From assembly GCA_030390025.1 (NCBI GenBank), contig CM059432.1:144772001-144836000 (forward strand): a stretch of DNA of 64,000 bases, in the 5' to 3' direction. The notes under the pieces were generated by a model. It saw only the letters and a program-made list of their open reading frames with translations. It was not told the DNA's origin and made no database searches. Positions 61,075-64,000 of the stretch are shown piece by piece. Positions within the stretch are counted from its first letter, which is position 1; each line of letters opens with the position of its first letter. Position numbers and translations under genes: made by a program. This DNA is from Squalus acanthias. Taxonomy: Eukaryota.

Positions 61075-62815
61075 GAATTGTAGAATAGTACAGCACAGGA
61101 GGCCGCCATTCGGCCCATCGAGTCTGCACCAGCTCTTTCAAACCAGTCCCCATATCCCTACAATTTTTTCTCCTTCAAGTATTTATCCAATTCCCTTTTG
61201 AAGGCTACTATTGAATCGGTATCCACCACCCTATCAGGCAGTGCATTCCAATCCTAACTACTTGTTGCGTAAAAAGTTTTTCCTCATGTCATCTCTGGTT
61301 CTTTAGCAATCACCTTGAATCTGTGCCCTCTGGTTAACGACCCTTCAGCCATTGGAAACAGTTTTGCTTTATTTACTCTATCTAAACCCGTCATGATTTT
61401 AAACACTTCTATCAAATCTCCTCTTAGCCTTCTCTGCTCTAAGGAGAACAGACCTAGCTTCTCCAGTCTATCTACATAACTGTAATCCCTCATCCCTGGA
61501 ACCATTCTACTAAATCTCTTCTGTACCCTCTCCAAAGCCATCACGTCCTTCCTAAACTGTAGTGCCCAGAATTGGACACAATACTCCAGCTGGGGCCGAA
61601 CTAGTGTTTTATATAAGTTCAGCATAACTTCCTGGCTTTTGTACTCTATGGGCTCGATTTTGTCAATGGGGACGTGATGGAGGCGGAACTCCCACTTTTT
61701 GGGTTGTAGGCCCGCCTCCATCGATTTGTGGCCAACCCACGCTACTTTCCCTTGATTGACCTTGTTAAGCCCGCCCAGCGTGCTCAGCAGGCCAATTAAG
61801 GGACACCTGGATACTGGTGACGTCAGCGATTGACATTTCATCTGTGAAGAGCTTTTGACAGATGAAATATCAGCGTTTGACAGCTCTGTGAAGCTGTCAA
61901 ACACTGACAATCTGTCTTCTAACTTGAGTCCTTCTACTCAGACTCAATTAGAGAGCGCTCCAGACCAGAAAGCAGAGGCTGCAGCTTTTGACAGTTCAGC
62001 GGCCATTCTGCTTTCTGTGCCGGTGAGCTGAGGGACTCCCGAGAACTGAAGGGAGGAAGCCTGGAGGAGAAAGTAAAGGTAAGTAAAACTTATTAAAACA
62101 CTTTACACACACCAAACACACTTACCTCTGCACTCATGCACCCATCACTCACCTGTACACCGGACATCTCGACCCCTCCAAGCCCTGCAGACTGATGGTC
62201 CGCCTCGCTAACTTGGCGTGGTTTGGAGCTGTCGGGCAGCCCACACTTCAGGGCTAAAAATAGGGATTAGCCAAAAAACTGCCCGTTAACTACCTGTTAA
62301 CAGGCAGTTAATTGGCACTAATCCCCTTCCCGCCTCGGGGAGGCGGCTCCCAGCACAGGTCGGGTACCTGCCTCCTGGGACATTGGCATGGAGGTGGGTT
62401 GGGTACGTGCCCCCCGAATCTGCAATTTTCCCACCACTCCCACCTCCAAACCCGCCTCCACGGGGCTTGGAAATTCGAGCCCTATGCCCCTATTTATAAA
62501 GCTCAGGATCGCATATGCTTTATTAACTGCATTGTTAACTTGTCCTGCAACCTTCAAAGATTTCTGCACAAACACCCCAGGTCTCTCTCTTCTTGCACCC
62601 CCTTTAAAATTGTACCGTTTAACATGTATTGTCTCTCCTCATTCTTTCTACCAAAATGCATCACCTCACACTTTGCTGCGTTGAATTTCATCTGCCATCT
62701 GTCTGCCCATTCCACCAGCCTGTCTATGTCTTCTTGAAGTCTACTACTATCTTCCTCACTGTTTACTACACTTCCAAGTTTTGTGACATTTGCAAATTTC
62801 AAAATTGTGCCCTTT
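61075..62815 (-). mobile_element. CR1 LINE 3' fragment interrupted by Harbinger-like MITE copy 3
   Basis: LQEDIDRLVEWADRWQMKFN..KCEVMHFG, then FINRGI|EYKSQEVMLNLYKTLVRPQLEYCVQFW across the insertion. Confidence 0.93.
61650..62482 (-). mobile_element. PIF/Harbinger-like MITE, copy 3 (inverted relative to copies 1 and 2)
   Basis: TIR GGGCTCGATTTT/AAATTCGAGCCC. TSD TAT at 61647-61649 and 62483-62485, supported by restoration of the host CR1 frame. Confidence 0.9.
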
Positions 62816-63204
62816 ACCTGTAAATGTCCCCACTTTTCAGAACCAAGCTGAAGCCTATCAAGAGATCACATGGTTTTGGGTGGGATGGACAGTGTATATG
62901 TTGTGATACACAAGGTATCACAATTGTGTGGGACAGGCTCCATGGACCAGACGGTCTTTACCTGTCTGTCATTGTTCGTAAGATTTCCTTATTTTCCCTC
63001 TCTCCAGGCCCCTCCCAACCAGGCTGGATGACAAAAAGTAAGACAGTACCCATTCAGAGTCTGCCACCTGTCAGTCAGTCACGGTTGAAGCCTTTGAATG
63101 GCCCAGCCAGATGGTTCTGACTGGCAGAGTGCAGAAATGGATGGAGTGCAGCTTTAGCAAGAGCTTTGGTTCCATTAATTTCAGACCAATGGAGGCCAGA
63201 GACA

Positions 63205-63339
63205 AAAGGCATCAGGGGTATGGGGAGAGAGCGGGAATACGGTATTGAGATAGAGGATCAGCCATGATCATATTGAATGGCGGAGCAGGCTCGAAGGGCC
63301 GAATGGCCTACACCTGCTCCTATTTTTCTATGTTTCTAT
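63205..63339 (+). mobile_element. CR1 3' tail
   Basis: GATCAGCCATGATCATATTGAATGGCGGAGCAGGCTCGAAGGGCCGAATGGCCTAC. Confidence 0.88.
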
Positions 63340-63579
63340 AGCAGTTTGAACTGTTTTTTGTGGCCTTGATTGAACTGCTGGGATGCTGCAGAGGTCGCAC
63401 TAGCTTCAACAGAGATCTTACCATCTTTAATTTCACCCAAATTGTTTTAAACAAGTGGGTAAGAGTCAAAGACAAAAGGTGTCATTAATTCTCTGACAAA
63501 CTGGGTGTTTTTATTTTCACTCAACTGCCCAGTAAACAGATTTTCAAAATGGAGAGTGGGAGAGTCAGATCAGAAAGGA

Positions 63580-63775
63580 TTTACAGTTACATAGCACTTC
63601 GTCACATCCTCAGGATGTCCCAAAACCAATGAATTACTTGCGAAGTGCAGTCACTGCAGTCATTGAGGCAAACACGGCAGGCAATCTGTGCCATGCGTGG
63701 TCCTGCTATAGAATGAGACCAATGACCAGTTAACCTGCTGTTTGTGGCATTGTTTGAGGGAGGAATGATTGAGAA
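63580..63775 (-). mobile_element. Degraded DeuSINE fragment
   Basis: CTCAGGATGTCCCAAA..GAAGTGCAGTCACTG similar to 42530-42690. Confidence 0.6.
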
Positions 63776-64000
63776 GTACGGTGTGATAAAAGTTCCTATT
63801 ATAACTAATAAAACATTTAAAATATTGTTTAAATGCTAAATGATAATCTGCAGCACAAGAAAGAGCAAAGTAAGAGTAAGTGAAATAGGACGAATATTTC
63901 ACCAGTGAGCAGACCTAAACTCTCTCACAACCAGATCGCCCAAGATTTATCAGATCAGTCGATGCTCCAAATTTTCTTCCCTTCAAATAATATTTTTTAA

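Noticed and set aside
61284..61910. 208-aa ORF as a novel fusion protein
   Set aside because: Chance read-through from MITE copy 3 into the host CR1 frame, with no evidence of expression.
54074..64000. Upstream BBS9 exon (expected ..VVSYSRPT-like)
   Set aside because: No matching peptide found by eye in the non-repeat stretches, so it probably lies beyond the window.

Overview
Eukaryotic, repeat-rich genomic DNA, most likely from a cartilaginous fish. That assignment is inferred from HER1/CR1-type LINE tails, an HE1-like V-SINE and SacSINE1-like DeuSINEs. The window lies inside BBS9 (PTHB1, a BBSome subunit) on the minus strand. Five consecutive coding exons (15, 141, 96, 173 and 153 nt; 54073 down to 27866) have GT-AG ends and splice into one open frame. 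The neighbouring exons were not found, so the rest of the window is presumed intronic. The introns hold CR1 LINEs, a second CR1/Jockey-group LINE family, L2 fragments, Penelope-like elements with minimal hammerhead-ribozyme motifs, SINEs, pogo-like MITEs and PIF/Harbinger-like non-autonomous elements, often nested. The most unusual signal is a ~0.8-kb Harbinger-like MITE family whose three diverged copies keep a 91-92-nt intron-like unit and a run of hairpins, one conserved in structure but not sequence. Next is a possible in-frame alternative last exon of BBS9 at 26259-25894. Repeat family names come from motif recognition without database searches, and repeat boundaries are approximate unless a TSD is quoted. 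No prokaryotic-type system is present.
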